This document shows, piece by piece, positions 8,958 to 20,775 of a stretch of DNA of 59,002 nt. Position numbers and translations under genes: made by a program. The stretch comes from Thermoprotei archaeon (lineage in GTDB: Archaea; Thermoproteota; Nitrososphaeria; Geothermarchaeales; JDFR-13). The stretch lies in the NCBI GenBank assembly GCA_011043415.1, contig DQXH01000040.1:1-59002 (forward strand). The letters are read 5' to 3'. How positions within the stretch are numbered: the stretch's first letter is position 1; the number at the start of each line of letters is the position of its first letter. A model generated the notes under the pieces. That model was not told the origin of the DNA. It worked only from the letters and a program-made list of their open reading frames with translations, and searched no databases.

Positions 8958-10679
8958 CTAGTCATGCGCAAATACTACATTGATATTATTCCTCCCAAGA
9001 TCCTCGATACGAAAATATCCTATCCTTTCAAACTGTATTACAGAATCTACTTTTTCATCAAGTATATTTAGCTCTGAATAGCCTTCATACGTAGTATCTG
9101 GGTATATGAATATACATTTTATAGAATGGTCTACCGGGACCCAATGAATAAATTTATATCCTTCTTTCTTAGCCTTCTTAACATCATTATCAATATATCT
9201 TATTTTAACTTGTTTATCCGCCTCCTCCAAGATAAAATTGCCTATACCTATCAACCTAAATGGATCTCTAGAGATGATATTAGAATAATCTTCAAAGTCT
9301 ATATATAGGCTTATATACTCATCCCTAAATTCAAATCTCCTTACACCTCTCTCAGGATAGTCGGGGTGCTTCCTAATCTTAATTAGATCTATATGACTAA
9401 CCCGCTTGAAATATACTTTAAAGGGGTTTCTGACACCGAAATACCTATTAGCTAATCTATCTACAATCTTCCTATTTTCACTGGCTAGTAAGGAGAAGTC
9501 TATTACTGCATTTGATGGAGAGATTCCCACGCGTAATATAATATTCTTTAGAGCCTCGGGTCTAAAGCCTCTCCTTCTTAATGCAGGGACCGTAGCTAAC
9601 TTCGGATCATCTACACTCTTATATAATCCTTCTCTAATTCCTTTCAAGATCTTAGATTTACTTAATATACCTCCGGGAATAGCCAACCGCCCGTGATGGA
9701 TATAAGTAGGCTCTTTCCAATCTAGATACTTATATATGTAACGTTGCTTTTCCTCATTGACCTTATGCTCAACTCCCCTGAAAACGTGTGTTACACCCAT
9801 GTAATAATCGTCAATCGCACATGAAAAATTATATAGAGGCCATACTCTATATTTAACTCCTACACGGGGGTGAGGATATCTCTTTGTATCAATTATTCTT
9901 AAGGCAGGCCAATCCCGTACAGATGGATTTGGATGACTTAAATCTGTTTTAATTCTTAGAACCGCCTCACCCTCCTTAAACTCTCCACTAAGCATCTTGT
10001 CAAATAGCTCCATATTTTCACTAGGACTCTGTCCTCTATGTAGACACGCCACTCCAGACTTACTTAGTTTAGAGAATTCCTCTGAGGGACATAGACATAC
10101 GTATGCATACCCCCTTCCAATCAACTCCCTAGCAACATTATAATATAACTCGAGCCTATCACTCTGGTAATATACTTCATCAGGCTCTATACCAAGCCAT
10201 CTAATATCGTCTAAGATCAACTTATAGTATTCTAATTTAGGTTTCTTAGTCCTAGGATCTGTATCTTCAAATCTAACTATAAACCTGCCTTCATATATCT
10301 TCGCATACTCATATGATATTATTAATGGCCTAAGCGAACCTAAGTGTAGGACGAAATCAGGGTTTGGAGCGAATCTAGTGACTACCTTACCTATTTCGGC
10401 ATTAGGTAGAGGAGGTAAGGGAGACTTCTTCTCAGCCTTAGTCGGAGTCTTAACATAATCCTTATATTCTTCATATAACTTTAATAATTCATCTTGGGAT
10501 AAGCTATTGACATATTCTATTTTACTTTTGATATATTCAATTAAATCTTTAATAGCATTTCTATATTCAGGCTTTACAGATAATATCTTACCCAAAACGG
10601 ATTTTGACCTAGCCTTCCCACCATATTTAATAGCGTTCTCAAGGATAAATGCCATTACAAGTCTCTCATCAAAAACCAT
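8958..10679 (-). CDS. gltX: Glutamyl-tRNA synthetase (archaeal/eukaryotic type)
   Basis: RFAPNPDFVLHLGSLRP (HIGH-type), FEDTDPRT, class I core; 573 aa. Confidence 0.9.
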   Translation of the reverse strand: MVFDERLVMAFILENAIKYGGKARSKSVLGKILSVKPEYRNAIKDLIEYIKSKIEYVNSLSQDELLKLYEEYKDYVKTPTKAEKKSPLPPLPNAEIGKVVTRFAPNPDFVLHLGSLRPLIISYEYAKIYEGRFIVRFEDTDPRTKKPKLEYYKLILDDIRWLGIEPDEVYYQSDRLELYYNVARELIGRGYAYVCLCPSEEFSKLSKSGVACLHRGQSPSENMELFDKMLSGEFKEGEAVLRIKTDLSHPNPSVRDWPALRIIDTKRYPHPRVGVKYRVWPLYNFSCAIDDYYMGVTHVFRGVEHKVNEEKQRYIYKYLDWKEPTYIHHGRLAIPGGILSKSKILKGIREGLYKSVDDPKLATVPALRRRGFRPEALKNIILRVGISPSNAVIDFSLLASENRKIVDRLANRYFGVRNPFKVYFKRVSHIDLIKIRKHPDYPERGVRRFEFRDEYISLYIDFEDYSNIISRDPFRLIGIGNFILEEADKQVKIRYIDNDVKKAKKEGYKFIHWVPVDHSIKCIFIYPDTTYEGYSELNILDEKVDSVIQFERIGYFRIEDLGRNNINVVFAHD

Positions 10680-10681
10680 TT

Positions 10682-11677
10682 TTATATCTCCCTATATACT
10701 ATAAACCTAACTAGATCCTCTAAAAATAATTTAGCCGGATTCTCCTCGAATCTAGATAAAATCTTTATTGCTTCATCAGCCAAATTAATCATATACTTTC
10801 TAGTATACTCTATTGCACCTACATCAATTAATAATTTAATTATCTCATTTACTTCATTATCACTAGCCGACAGATTCCCAAATACTCTATCAAATTTTTC
10901 TTTAGAATCCACATCGAATTTATCTAATGCATATAAAATCGGTAATGTCCTCTTACCATTTCTAATATCACTTCCTACAGGCTTACCCGTCTTACTAGGG
11001 TCACCAATTATACCAAGTAGATCATCCGCCATCTGGAAAGCCAGCCCAATCTTAACACCGAAACTACTCATAACATCCATATACTCATCTCTACCCGACA
11101 GAACGACCCCCGATAATACAGATGCTTCGATAAGTGACGCGGTCTTCAGATAAATCATCTCCAAGTAATCATCCATATTCCTAATATATGTTTCAGGCTC
11201 TATATCCATGGCCTGACCTTTACATATTTTCATGGAGGCATCTGAGAATATATTAGTAAGTTTATTAGCTTTAGAGCCATTATAATGTGCTGATATTATA
11301 TTAAATACTATACTAAATAGGAAATCACCAGCTAAGAGAGCCATCGACTCTCCATAAACTACATGCGTAGTCTTAACACCTCTTCTATATTCATCCCGAT
11401 CCATTATATCATCATGTATCAATGTGAAATTATGGAGAAGCTCTATAGCGATAGCCGCCGGTATCGCCTCTGAAAAATCCCCACCAAACATCTCATTAAC
11501 CTTAACCAGGATTATAGGCCTTATCCTTTTTCCACCGCTTCTTATAAGGTGGAATGATGCATTATATAATTTATCTGGTGCCTTAACCTCATTAATATAT
11601 TTAAATAATTCAGCATTAATCTTCTCCCTTAATTCTTTAAACTCCTCTAAAAAGGACTCACTATATATATTATTCAT
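10682..11677 (-). CDS. Geranylgeranyl diphosphate synthase (trans-polyprenyl synthetase)
   Basis: First Asp-rich motif LIHDDIMDRD and second FQMADDLLG. Confidence 0.88.
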   Translation of the reverse strand: MNNIYSESFLEEFKELREKINAELFKYINEVKAPDKLYNASFHLIRSGGKRIRPIILVKVNEMFGGDFSEAIPAAIAIELLHNFTLIHDDIMDRDEYRRGVKTTHVVYGESMALLAGDFLFSIVFNIISAHYNGSKANKLTNIFSDASMKICKGQAMDIEPETYIRNMDDYLEMIYLKTASLIEASVLSGVVLSGRDEYMDVMSSFGVKIGLAFQMADDLLGIIGDPSKTGKPVGSDIRNGKRTLPILYALDKFDVDSKEKFDRVFGNLSASDNEVNEIIKLLIDVGAIEYTRKYMINLADEAIKILSRFEENPAKLFLEDLVRFIVYREI

Positions 11678-12752
11678 TACTTAAAACCCCCCTCTGAATT
11701 AACCATTCTCTTAAAGGACCTATAATAATATAGGGGATATTCTTCTTCTCCAATTCCTTGACCGATGCTATACCAGCCAGAAATAGAGCCAGTTTAAGTT
11801 CAAAAACTAGTTTATTAAACAGATACTCTAATTCCTTAAATCCCCCTCTATATAACGCCCTTATAAATGGTGCTGCTAAACCAGCTAGAGTTGCACCGAT
11901 GATTAAACTTTTCGCGATATCCAGCCCACTTCTAATCCCTCCGGAGGATATTACAGGGATTTCGACTGATTTGACTACTTCTATTAATGAAGCAGCAGTC
12001 GGGATACCCCACCCACGATATAATTCACCGACCTCACTTAGAAGCCGGTTATCTCTTAATCTATTTCTAATGGCCTCTACAGCAGACCAACTTGTCCCTC
12101 CAGCTCCAGATACATTAATAGCTGATACCCCGATAGACTCTAAAATCTTAGCTACACCCATTGAAATCCCTGATCCTGTCTCCTTTACAATAACTGGAAC
12201 ATCAAGGTGATCAACTACTTTTTCAATAGTATTGATAACCCCCTTATAATTAACGGTACCCCTCTGGATAACCTCCTGTAGAGGGTTTAGGTGAATAGCT
12301 AATGCGTTAGCCTCGATCATCTCAACGACCTTCTCAGCTGTATTTATAGGATCATTGACGAGATCCTGGGCACCGATATTCCCGATTAGAAAAACATCGG
12401 ATGATACCTCCCTAATTATATTATATGTATATTCCACGCTAGAGTCATTTAAAGCGGCTTTTTGACTTCCACATGATATAGGAATATTATATTTATCGGC
12501 TAGTAGTGCGAATTTTTCATTGATCTTCTCAGTGCCTTTTACCCCTCCTGTCATCGAGTCAATTAGTATGGGATACGAGAATTCTCTACCTAAGAAGTAT
12601 GTGGAGGTATCTACCTCATCAATATCCGCCTCTGGCAGAGAATTATGTACTAGATAAATATATTCGAACCATGTCGTAACTGTATGAGATACATCCTCCT
12701 CAACTACTATTTTGATATGCTCCAATTTCCTCTCCTTAATATCGACGCCCAT
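11670..12752 (-). CDS. fni: Isopentenyl-diphosphate delta-isomerase, type 2 (FMN-dependent)
   Basis: RKLEHI..., TIM-barrel FMN motifs VKETGSGIS, GAGGTSW, SGGIRSG. ATG at M6 of the track ORF. Confidence 0.9.
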   Translation of the reverse strand: MGVDIKERKLEHIKIVVEEDVSHTVTTWFEYIYLVHNSLPEADIDEVDTSTYFLGREFSYPILIDSMTGGVKGTEKINEKFALLADKYNIPISCGSQKAALNDSSVEYTYNIIREVSSDVFLIGNIGAQDLVNDPINTAEKVVEMIEANALAIHLNPLQEVIQRGTVNYKGVINTIEKVVDHLDVPVIVKETGSGISMGVAKILESIGVSAINVSGAGGTSWSAVEAIRNRLRDNRLLSEVGELYRGWGIPTAASLIEVVKSVEIPVISSGGIRSGLDIAKSLIIGATLAGLAAPFIRALYRGGFKELEYLFNKLVFELKLALFLAGIASVKELEKKNIPYIIIGPLREWLIQRGVLSNE

Positions 12753-12833
12753 ATTCCAACCTCTCAATCTTATGAAGATTATATAAATTGATAATTAAGA
12801 TTATATTTTAATCCTAGATTAGAGTATCAAAAA

Positions 12834-13691
12834 TTATTTTTCAACCTTGAATGAAGCATATGCGACTACACTCGAGTAGTCACCTGTTACATCTCCACTA
12901 TTCCCATATTTTAATAGACTTACATTACATCTACCCAGTAACTTCCCTACATAGAGTAGGGTGGCTACAGGTCCATATCCACACATCGAGACGTCATGCA
13001 TATATACGTTATTTATCAATGCCTCTGGATCACAATTTAATATTGCATCTATTACATACTTATCCTTCCTCCTGGCAGACTCAGCGGGTTCATAATGCGT
13101 GAAGTCTGTGGATGCAATTATAAGATAGTCGTTGAATGAATCCTTTATATACCGATAGATTGCTTCGCCCAGTATCTTCGCAGCTTCAATATTTTGAAGC
13201 ATCATCGTAATTGGTAAGATTTTATACTCGAGATCAAGGCCCCTATATAGAAACTGTATAAATGGTATCTGAACCTCAAGCGAATGCTCATTAAAATGCG
13301 CGTCCTCATCAAGACTTATTAAATCATGATACTCTGCAATTCCTTTACCTAAGCTTACATTGACTTGAACGATTCCTAGAGGCGTCTCCCAATAGTCCCC
13401 AGGATATACCGAAATAGCCGTCCCTAAACCAGTATGATTAGGCCCAATCAAAATTATATTTTTTGGTAATCCATCGGCAGCCACATGGTAATAGCCATAT
13501 GCAGCTATCCATCCACTGTACATATATCCAGCATGCGGAGAAACTATACCGATAATATTACGTTCACTTTTAATTACTGGCTTAGGCTCTCCAGGACCCT
13601 TTTTAAACAATGTAGAGATGTAATTTATTAACTCTCCCGGATCCCTCGGATAAAAATACCCGGCTACAGCAGGCCTCCTGATTTTACTCAT
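12834..13691 (-). CDS. MEMO1-family protein (AmmeMemoRadiSam system protein B)
   Basis: RRPAVAGYFYP...GIVSPHAGYMYSG...GPNHTG...H..EHSLEVQIPF motifs. Confidence 0.85.
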   Translation of the reverse strand: MSKIRRPAVAGYFYPRDPGELINYISTLFKKGPGEPKPVIKSERNIIGIVSPHAGYMYSGWIAAYGYYHVAADGLPKNIILIGPNHTGLGTAISVYPGDYWETPLGIVQVNVSLGKGIAEYHDLISLDEDAHFNEHSLEVQIPFIQFLYRGLDLEYKILPITMMLQNIEAAKILGEAIYRYIKDSFNDYLIIASTDFTHYEPAESARRKDKYVIDAILNCDPEALINNVYMHDVSMCGYGPVATLLYVGKLLGRCNVSLLKYGNSGDVTGDYSSVVAYASFKVEK

Positions 13692-14304
13692 ATTCAGGGG
13701 ACACCATAAAATCTTCTACAGACGCCTCTATAAATTCATTTGGCCCGAGTAATCCCTTCTCCCTCAACACTAATATAGTTAATGACCAGAGTAATGCAGC
13801 TATAGAATATTTACCCTTATTATTGGCTGGGATCGCTAGATCTACGTATGATCCATCTGAATTTGTATCTACAAATGAAATGATTGGAATACGCATCTTT
13901 ACAGCCTCATCCACAGCCTGCCTATCATATGTATGGTCAATAACGATAAGTAGGCTTATGCTTTTACTATATTTAAGCATATAGTTTGTCAATGTACCAG
14001 GTAGAAATCTACCTGTCACACCTTGGAAACCCGTTAACTTACACATTTCTTCAATGCCTTTACGAGCGAATTCACGGGCAGAATGGACCATAACCTCGCT
14101 AGGGTCGTATCTAGATAGCATTTTGGCCGCAATTCTCAGCTTTTCAAGAGTTTTATCGAGGTCGATTAGATAGAATCCCTTTGGATGAATAGCGTATATA
14201 AACTCCTCTGAGAACGGCGTCTTAATATTTCTACCATAATGAACACGATATTTTAATAGAAAATCTTTATTTATCTCAATAACTTCACCTGCCTCCTCAC
14301 TCAT
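13684..14304 (-). CDS. rps2: 30S ribosomal protein S2 (uS2)
   Basis: Archaeal uS2/SA-like sequence (VHYGRN..., IPIISFVDTNSD); conserved position next to eno/rpoN. Confidence 0.9.
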   Translation of the reverse strand: MSEEAGEVIEINKDFLLKYRVHYGRNIKTPFSEEFIYAIHPKGFYLIDLDKTLEKLRIAAKMLSRYDPSEVMVHSAREFARKGIEEMCKLTGFQGVTGRFLPGTLTNYMLKYSKSISLLIVIDHTYDRQAVDEAVKMRIPIISFVDTNSDGSYVDLAIPANNKGKYSIAALLWSLTILVLREKGLLGPNEFIEASVEDFMVSPEYE

Positions 14305-14308
14305 ATTA

Positions 14309-15556
14309 TCACCTCAGTCTAGTCATCTTAGTTTTACCCACACGGTCTTCAATTAGAATCAGCTCATTATGCTTCACTATCCTCTCACCATACATAACCC
14401 CTACTTTAAATAAATCGGATGATACTGCAAGAGCTAAGTGAGAGATATGTGGGTATGTCGTCTCTCCACTTCTATGCGATACCACTATTTTAAACCCACC
14501 ACTTTTCGCGGTGGATGCTGCTTCTATAGCCTTAGAGACGTCACCAACTTGATTAGGCTTTATTATAACTGCGTTACCAGCCTTCTCGCCAAGTCCGAGC
14601 ATTATCCTAGATGTGTTAGTAACATATAAATCGTCTCCTGTAACAAGTACATTTTTACCTACTCTTTTTGTAATTATCGAGAAGCCTGGAAAATCATTCT
14701 CATGTAACGGATCTTCGATATACGTTAAATTATGTCTTTTAACCAACTCGATTACATACTCAATCTGCTCTTCACGGTCTCTATAGACATTATTTTTACG
14801 ATAGATATAGAGTTTAGATTCATTATCCCACATAGTAGATGCCGCCATATCGATGCCTAATCCAAATTTTATTCCTGTATCTCTCCTAACTAGATCGATA
14901 GCCTCCCACATTATAGGGAAGACATCTTCATCAGGTAATGAAGTCACCCACGCACCCTCATCATTCCTTCCAGCAGTGAAGAAGTTATCTTTCTCAATTA
15001 AAATCTCCCCAACTTTTTTATGTAGTGTAAATAATGCTGTAATGGCGTCTCTATAGCTACTTGCATTGAGGGGGTAGGCTAATACCTCTTGAATATCAAT
15101 AGACCTACCCATGGCATGCTTCCCGCCACCTATGATATTCCCCAGCGGAATCGGAAAATTTAATATGGTGTCTTTATTAAGCCAGTAATACATCGGTATA
15201 TTCAATTCACTTGCTGCCGCTTCAGCGGCGGCGAAGGAGAGACCAAGTGAGAGTACGCTACCAAGGTTACTATAATTACCGCTACCATCTAATTCAAATA
15301 GCTTCTCATCAAACTCTTTCTGCGTAGAATACGTGAAACCAGTTAATTTAGGTATTACACGTTCTTTAAATATCTTTAAAGCTTCCTGAACGCCACCTTT
15401 AGGATATGGGCTTGCCTCCAACGTACCTACACTAGCTCCAGAGGGAGAAGCATATTTACCTACACCACCTCCCTCAGTATATATCCGGACCTCTATAGTC
15501 GGCCTCCCCCTAGAATCATATATGATAGAGGATTCTAAACGCCTAATCTTTACCAT
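14309..15556 (-). CDS. eno: Enolase
   Basis: [37 protein letters not shown] motifs. Confidence 0.93.
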   Translation of the reverse strand: MVKIRRLESSIIYDSRGRPTIEVRIYTEGGGVGKYASPSGASVGTLEASPYPKGGVQEALKIFKERVIPKLTGFTYSTQKEFDEKLFELDGSGNYSNLGSVLSLGLSFAAAEAAASELNIPMYYWLNKDTILNFPIPLGNIIGGGKHAMGRSIDIQEVLAYPLNASSYRDAITALFTLHKKVGEILIEKDNFFTAGRNDEGAWVTSLPDEDVFPIMWEAIDLVRRDTGIKFGLGIDMAASTMWDNESKLYIYRKNNVYRDREEQIEYVIELVKRHNLTYIEDPLHENDFPGFSIITKRVGKNVLVTGDDLYVTNTSRIMLGLGEKAGNAVIIKPNQVGDVSKAIEAASTAKSGGFKIVVSHRSGETTYPHISHLALAVSSDLFKVGVMYGERIVKHNELILIEDRVGKTKMTRLR

Positions 15557-15755
15557 ATTTTAACCCCCTATATATTAGAAATTCATCTATAATTTCCACA
15601 TGAGTGAGGAGCATCCTCCTACAACAATATCTTTTGACACCCAATTTATCTAAAGCCTCCTTAGGATCCATACCCTCCTCAACAAGCTTAATAAATTTCT
15701 CATATTTATCTCCGATGACCGATCCACATGTAAAACATCTTACAGGCGTTATCAT
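15543..15755 (-). CDS. rpoN: RNA polymerase subunit N (Rpo10)
   Basis: PVRCFTCG...[12 protein letters not shown]. Confidence 0.93.
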   Translation of the reverse strand: MITPVRCFTCGSVIGDKYEKFIKLVEEGMDPKEALDKLGVKRYCCRRMLLTHVEIIDEFLIYRGLKYGKD

Positions 15756-15763
15756 ATAACCAC

Positions 15764-16174
15764 CTACCTATATGAAGTCTGTTTCCTCCTACGGGGGCCT
15801 GGGCCTCCATATTTCTTAGGCTCGGTTTGCCTAGGATCACCAGCCAGTAGATGCCTATCAAATTCTAGATATATGCTTTTTAGCCGTTTACTTTTAGACA
15901 TACTGACTAATGCTCTAGCTATAGCAATACTAGTTGCCTCAGCCTGACCCATGAAACCACCACCCTCTACATATACGTCAATATCATATTTTTTAGCAAT
16001 ATCCTTAGCTAATAATAGAGTCTGTATAATCCTTAGTCGAGCCACCTCAGGCTGTAGAATCTCAACTGGAACCCCATTTATCCTGACTCTACCAGAACCT
16101 TCTCTAATAAATGCTCTAGCTATAGCAGTCTTCCTCTTACCCGTAAATACTTTTACCTTCGTTTTAGTAGTCAT
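15764..16174 (-). CDS. rps9: 30S ribosomal protein S9 (uS9)
   Basis: [10 protein letters not shown]...[10 protein letters not shown]...DPRQTEPKK...SYR C-terminus. Confidence 0.93.
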   Translation of the reverse strand: MTTKTKVKVFTGKRKTAIARAFIREGSGRVRINGVPVEILQPEVARLRIIQTLLLAKDIAKKYDIDVYVEGGGFMGQAEATSIAIARALVSMSKSKRLKSIYLEFDRHLLAGDPRQTEPKKYGGPGPRRRKQTSYR

Positions 16175-16178
16175 CTAA

Positions 16179-16640
16179 TCAACCCCCCATCCTCTCTTCA
16201 ATAGGGATCCACCCTACTAATTTTGAAACTTCATATAACGTCATATAACCATATGGATTCTCCCTATATATAACGTCTTCAAATTTTATCGGCTTACCCT
16301 TTTTTAATACCTCCTCAGGAACATTCCTATATACTCTAAGTCGTCTATATGCTGCCTTCCCCTTAGGCTTCCGCCTAGGAAGCATTCCCCTAACCATCCT
16401 CCTAAATATACCATCCGGACTCCTAGGTTTAAATGGACCATGTCTCCTTGGATTTACATTAGATTTTATCCGAAGCCTCTTCATAAAATCATTTACTATA
16501 ACTCTCCTCTTCCCTGTAATCACGGCTTTATCAATATTAACTACGATAACCTTCTTACCTTCAAGTAATAATTTAGCTACTTTAGATGCCAGTCTACCGG
16601 CTATCGAGTTCTCCGCATCGACTATTATGACTTCAGACAA
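16179..16640 (-). CDS. rpl13: 50S ribosomal protein L13 (uL13)
   Basis: IIVDAENSIAGRLAS.VAK.LL.GKKV.VVN...ITG, RMVRGMLPR. Confidence 0.93.
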   Translation of the reverse strand: MSEVIIVDAENSIAGRLASKVAKLLLEGKKVIVVNIDKAVITGKRRVIVNDFMKRLRIKSNVNPRRHGPFKPRSPDGIFRRMVRGMLPRRKPKGKAAYRRLRVYRNVPEEVLKKGKPIKFEDVIYRENPYGYMTLYEVSKLVGWIPIEERMGG

Positions 16641-17007
16641 TAATCTTCACCCCACTACCCTTAGGATATTTTTCTACAAGATCTTTAATGGATAAAATAA
16701 CACAGCCAGAATCTTTAAGCTTTTTATAGGCTGTAACTGAGTAATCATATGCACCTATTATAACTTTATGATTTATAGACCCGCTTCCAAGCACCTTACC
16801 AGGAACAACTACAATATCACCCTCTTTAGTATACCTATTTATCTTTGATATATTGACGGCTACCCTCCTTCTCTTAGGCCTTTCAAGTAGTTCCATCACC
16901 CTACGCCATATAGGTGCATCAGCTTCTTTAGACTTCTTCCTTAGAAAATTCAATAGCTCTAAGTAATATCTATTTTGGGATCGCATCCTCATATATCTCA
17001 ACCTCAT
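16633..17007 (-). CDS. rpl18e: 50S ribosomal protein L18e
   Basis: LL.FLRKKSKE...IWRRV.ELLERPKRRRVAVNISKINRY. The true start may be one of the internal ATGs (16992 or 16986). Confidence 0.88.
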   Translation of the reverse strand: MRLRYMRMRSQNRYYLELLNFLRKKSKEADAPIWRRVMELLERPKRRRVAVNISKINRYTKEGDIVVVPGKVLGSGSINHKVIIGAYDYSVTAYKKLKDSGCVILSIKDLVEKYPKGSGVKIIV

Positions 17008-17794
17008 TAAACTTTGTTAGGAAGTCATCGATTTTACTTATTAAAATATCGAATGACTTAGTAAGAATAGTTTTAATAGTTAATTGGCCAACTATCTCCA
17101 TCATAAACAGACTCGACTTCTCATCAATATCTACCTTAATATAGTCTGGACACTCAACTTCACATAGCTTACATCCAGTACAAAGATATAAGTTAGTTAC
17201 AGTTAATTTGCCGTTATTAATCTTTAAAATATTTTTTGGACACGCCTCAACACACTTCTTACAGTTACTATCACATTCCTTTAAGATCTTTATCACGGGC
17301 ACGCCTCTAACGACACATACCGTAACTGGAGACCATTTCGCATGCTCCCTCCCAGTACCCATTATAGCCCACATCTCAATATCTAAGCCTTCTCCAGGAG
17401 CTAACCTAACGATCTCAATATCCTCATAGAGTGGATAGACCTCCTTATCATTACTTTTAATATCTTTTGCATATACCGTCCTGAAATCATTTTTAGCTTC
17501 TATAGTTAATGATAATGACACATACTCCGGCTTTCCCTCTTCATCACCATATTTATATTTATCTACCGGAGTCTTTAGGGGAATCAAACCTAACCTATGT
17601 GCGAGCATCTGATCATTCAATACGCTATCATTTCTAAAGATAAATACCTTATCAATAGCTAGGGTAGGTACTTCAGACATCGAGATCCTTCTAATCGAAT
17701 TAATTATCTCAACAGGGATATTCTTAAATAGAATACTTATTGAGTCATCACTTTTATCCAGGATCTTGATGCTGAATCCTCTGCCTCTACTCAT
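16970..17794 (-). CDS. rpoD: RNA polymerase subunit D (Rpo3) with ferredoxin-like Cys-cluster domain
   Basis: Rpo3 fold (NSIRR...[17 protein letters not shown]) plus [13 protein letters not shown] and [12 protein letters not shown] motifs. Confidence 0.92.
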   Translation of the reverse strand: MSRGRGFSIKILDKSDDSISILFKNIPVEIINSIRRISMSEVPTLAIDKVFIFRNDSVLNDQMLAHRLGLIPLKTPVDKYKYGDEEGKPEYVSLSLTIEAKNDFRTVYAKDIKSNDKEVYPLYEDIEIVRLAPGEGLDIEMWAIMGTGREHAKWSPVTVCVVRGVPVIKILKECDSNCKKCVEACPKNILKINNGKLTVTNLYLCTGCKLCEVECPDYIKVDIDEKSSLFMMEIVGQLTIKTILTKSFDILISKIDDFLTKFNEVEIYEDAIPK

Positions 17795-18207
17795 AGCCTA
17801 CGACCTCTACGACCCCCAGGCCTTCTAGTCCTATCGTGTGGAATCGGAGTTACATCCTCGACAATCCCTATCTTAAGTCCACTCCTAGCTAGAGCCCTGA
17901 TAGCAGCTTGAGCACCGGGACCAGGTATAGGTGAGAAATGACCTCCTACACCCCTAACCTTAATATGTAGGCCTGTGATCCCCCTAGCTTTAGCGACTTC
18001 AGCAGCCTTCTTAGCGGCCATCATCGCGGCATACGGCGACCCTTCATATCTATCTGCTTTAACAAACATTCCTCCTGAAGTAATTACAATAGTTTCAGCT
18101 CCTGTTAAGTCAGTTATATGTACTATCGTATTATTTAAGCTGCTATAGATATGCGCTACTCCCCACAACTCAACCTTCTTCTTCTGTTGACTCCCCTCCC
18201 TCGACAT
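17791..18207 (-). CDS. rps11: 30S ribosomal protein S11 (uS11)
   Basis: [19 protein letters not shown]...SGGM.VK; [20 protein letters not shown]. Confidence 0.93.
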   Translation of the reverse strand: MSREGSQQKKKVELWGVAHIYSSLNNTIVHITDLTGAETIVITSGGMFVKADRYEGSPYAAMMAAKKAAEVAKARGITGLHIKVRGVGGHFSPIPGPGAQAAIRALARSGLKIGIVEDVTPIPHDRTRRPGGRRGRRL

Positions 18208-18730
18208 ATTCAGTCACCTCCCTCCAAATTGGGTGATTAGGGTCTGCATATGGACTATTTGGATTTATCCTAATTTTATCTTCATCCTCCCTACTAATAA
18301 ATGCACTTGGACGATCCACGATCCTATCCCCCACCATTATATGCCTATGCACCACCATCTGTCTAGCATGATATATCGATTTAGCTAGGCCCTTCCTATA
18401 TACTAATGTCTGAAGTCTCCTCTCTAATAGATCCTTAACCTCAAGCTTTAATACATCGTCTATCGTCGCATCCTTATCCAATACGCCCATCTTATAAAGC
18501 TTATTCAATAACTCAGCTACAATTTTTCTCCTCTCATCCTCAGGCAGACCGAAGCTTCTTCTAGCGACATCCCTGATTTTTCTCAAGATTGTAGCTACCC
18601 TCCTCAACTCACGTTTATTCTTAAGCCCATACTCTCCTATTAACTTAAGATCCTCATATAGCAGTTCCCTATCCCACGGCTTGAATGGATTCTCATATTT
18701 CTTCCTAAATCTCCTAGGGTCGCCCATCAT
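18170..18730 (-). CDS. rps4: 30S ribosomal protein S4 (uS4)
   Basis: [19 protein letters not shown]...[11 protein letters not shown]; S4 domain. Internal ATG chosen (M12 of the track ORF). Confidence 0.92.
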   Translation of the reverse strand: MMGDPRRFRKKYENPFKPWDRELLYEDLKLIGEYGLKNKRELRRVATILRKIRDVARRSFGLPEDERRKIVAELLNKLYKMGVLDKDATIDDVLKLEVKDLLERRLQTLVYRKGLAKSIYHARQMVVHRHIMVGDRIVDRPSAFISREDEDKIRINPNSPYADPNHPIWREVTEYVEGGESTEEEG

Positions 18731-18737
18731 CGACCAC

Positions 18738-19190
18738 CTACTTCTTCCTCCTCCTAACACCAACAGTAGCTCCTTTTTTACGGCCAGTCGTCCTAGTCCT
18801 CTGTCCGCGGACTTTTAGACCGAGTTTATGCCTCAACCCTCTCCAAGTATTTATCTTCTTCTCAAATTCAATATCCCTCTCCATAATAAACTTAACATCC
18901 TCACCAATAAGGTGGAGATCCTCACCAGTGTATCTATCGAATCTCCGGTTTAAGAGGTATGGTGGAAACTCGTTTTTAATATTCTTGATTATAGTCTCAA
19001 GCCTCTTAATTTCCTCATCAGTTAAAAATCCAGTCTTTTTATACATTGGAATACCTACTTTATTTAATATTGCACGGGAAAGGGTGGGGCCGATCCCTTT
19101 AATCCTAGTTAATCCCTCCACTATGGGAACCGATCCCTTTATATCTGTATCTAACATCCTCACGATCTCTTTATACCCCTGACTCGACAT
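18738..19190 (-). CDS. rps13: 30S ribosomal protein S13 (uS13)
   Basis: IVRMLDTDIKG...L.RIKGIG...RGLRHKLGLKVRGQRTRTTGR. Confidence 0.93.
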   Translation of the reverse strand: MSSQGYKEIVRMLDTDIKGSVPIVEGLTRIKGIGPTLSRAILNKVGIPMYKKTGFLTDEEIKRLETIIKNIKNEFPPYLLNRRFDRYTGEDLHLIGEDVKFIMERDIEFEKKINTWRGLRHKLGLKVRGQRTRTTGRKKGATVGVRRRKK

Positions 19191-19249
19191 ATCATCACCA
19201 TGGAATCAGTCTAATTATAATGTCGACCTTCTTATTAAATTCTTATATA

Positions 19250-20722
19250 TTATAATAGTCCACTACGTGGAAGATGCTGCGTAGGCGTGACAATGTCATG
19301 AGGCCTTATTTCATAGAAGCCTGTAGGTAGGATTATAGCAAACCTAGATTTTACCCACAACTCCCCTATATTTTTAGCCCCTACATATCCCATCGCAGCT
19401 TTTAAACCAGCGGATAACTCTTTCACTAGGTCGGATACAGTCCCCCTATATGGTACCCATCCCTCAATCCCCTCCTCAATTTCTTTAGAGGGATACGAAT
19501 ATCTATCTAAAGCCATTCTCTTCGCCCTCGCCCTTGCACTACCCATTCCATAATATTCTTTATAATATCTCCCTTCTATCGCAATTAGTCTACCTGGACT
19601 TTCCCTCGTACCAGCAAATAAATTACCCATCATCACAGCAGAAGCCCCGGCGGCTAGTGCTACTGCTATATCACCAGAGTTTTTAATCCCCCCATCAGCT
19701 ATAATTGGGATCCTACCGAAGGCACCTAACTCCTTTAATGCTGATACACTCTCTAAAACCGCAAATAGAGTTGGTGCAGCAACTCTAGTAACTATGCCAG
19801 TCGTGCATATTGATCCTGATCCAATGCCCACCCTCAATCCAGATACATCTTCAATATCAGAGACAGCGTCTAATACAGCCTCTCTAGTACCTAAGTTTCC
19901 GACTATGACGTCTGAATCCACCGATTTAATAATCTTCTTAGTAGCCTTAAAAACATTCTTATTATGAAAGTGGGCTACATCAGTCACTAAAATATCAACA
20001 TATTTAGATAATTTCTTAGCTCTCTCTAAGTCGAATGGAGATATAGCGGCAGCGACTAGTAGCCTACCATTTTCGTCTCTAACAGCATTCGGATACTTAC
20101 CCTTCAACTCCAGGTCTTTATATGTGATAAGGCCGATCAACCTATCTTTATCATCGACTAACGGAAGCTTCTCAATTTTATGCTTCTGCAGGATCTTTTT
20201 AGCCTCATCTATCGTGACACCTGGATGAGTCACTATCAACCTCTCCCTAGGAGTCATCACTTTAGAAACCCTTAAATTAGGCTCACTATACCTTATATCA
20301 CGAGATGTAACCAATCCAACTAATTTACCACTCGATACAACCGGTAATCCATGTATATTCAACTCCTCCATAATCCTCCTAGCATCCTCCACCCTCTTAT
20401 CCGGGGTGATTGTAACCACATCTCTAATAACAAAAGCCTCCGCCCTCTTAACTTTTCTAGCCATCTCAACCTGCTCCTCAACACTACAGTTTCTATGTAG
20501 CACACCTAATCCACCTTCTCTAGCTAATGCAATAGCTAAATCCGCTTCGGTAACCGTGTCCATAGGGGAAGATACAAATGGGATATTAAGCTTATGATTT
20601 TTATCTACATATGTGGATAAATCGATTTCTCTAGGCTCCACTTCAGTCCATCCAGGTAATAAGATCACATCGTTAAATGTCAATGCAATCTTAAAATTTT
20701 CGGGTAGACCAAAGTTATACAT
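19250..20722 (-). CDS. guaB: Inosine-5'-monophosphate dehydrogenase (with CBS pair)
   Basis: LTFNDVILLPG, CBS region, catalytic loop GIGSGSICTT, GGIKNSGD. ATG at M4 of the track ORF. Confidence 0.93.
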   Translation of the reverse strand: MYNFGLPENFKIALTFNDVILLPGWTEVEPREIDLSTYVDKNHKLNIPFVSSPMDTVTEADLAIALAREGGLGVLHRNCSVEEQVEMARKVKRAEAFVIRDVVTITPDKRVEDARRIMEELNIHGLPVVSSGKLVGLVTSRDIRYSEPNLRVSKVMTPRERLIVTHPGVTIDEAKKILQKHKIEKLPLVDDKDRLIGLITYKDLELKGKYPNAVRDENGRLLVAAAISPFDLERAKKLSKYVDILVTDVAHFHNKNVFKATKKIIKSVDSDVIVGNLGTREAVLDAVSDIEDVSGLRVGIGSGSICTTGIVTRVAAPTLFAVLESVSALKELGAFGRIPIIADGGIKNSGDIAVALAAGASAVMMGNLFAGTRESPGRLIAIEGRYYKEYYGMGSARARAKRMALDRYSYPSKEIEEGIEGWVPYRGTVSDLVKELSAGLKAAMGYVGAKNIGELWVKSRFAIILPTGFYEIRPHDIVTPTQHLPRSGLL

Positions 20723-20775
20723 TATAACCACCTTTTTAATTAGGTTAGAACTAGGAAAGAATTTATAAATTTATG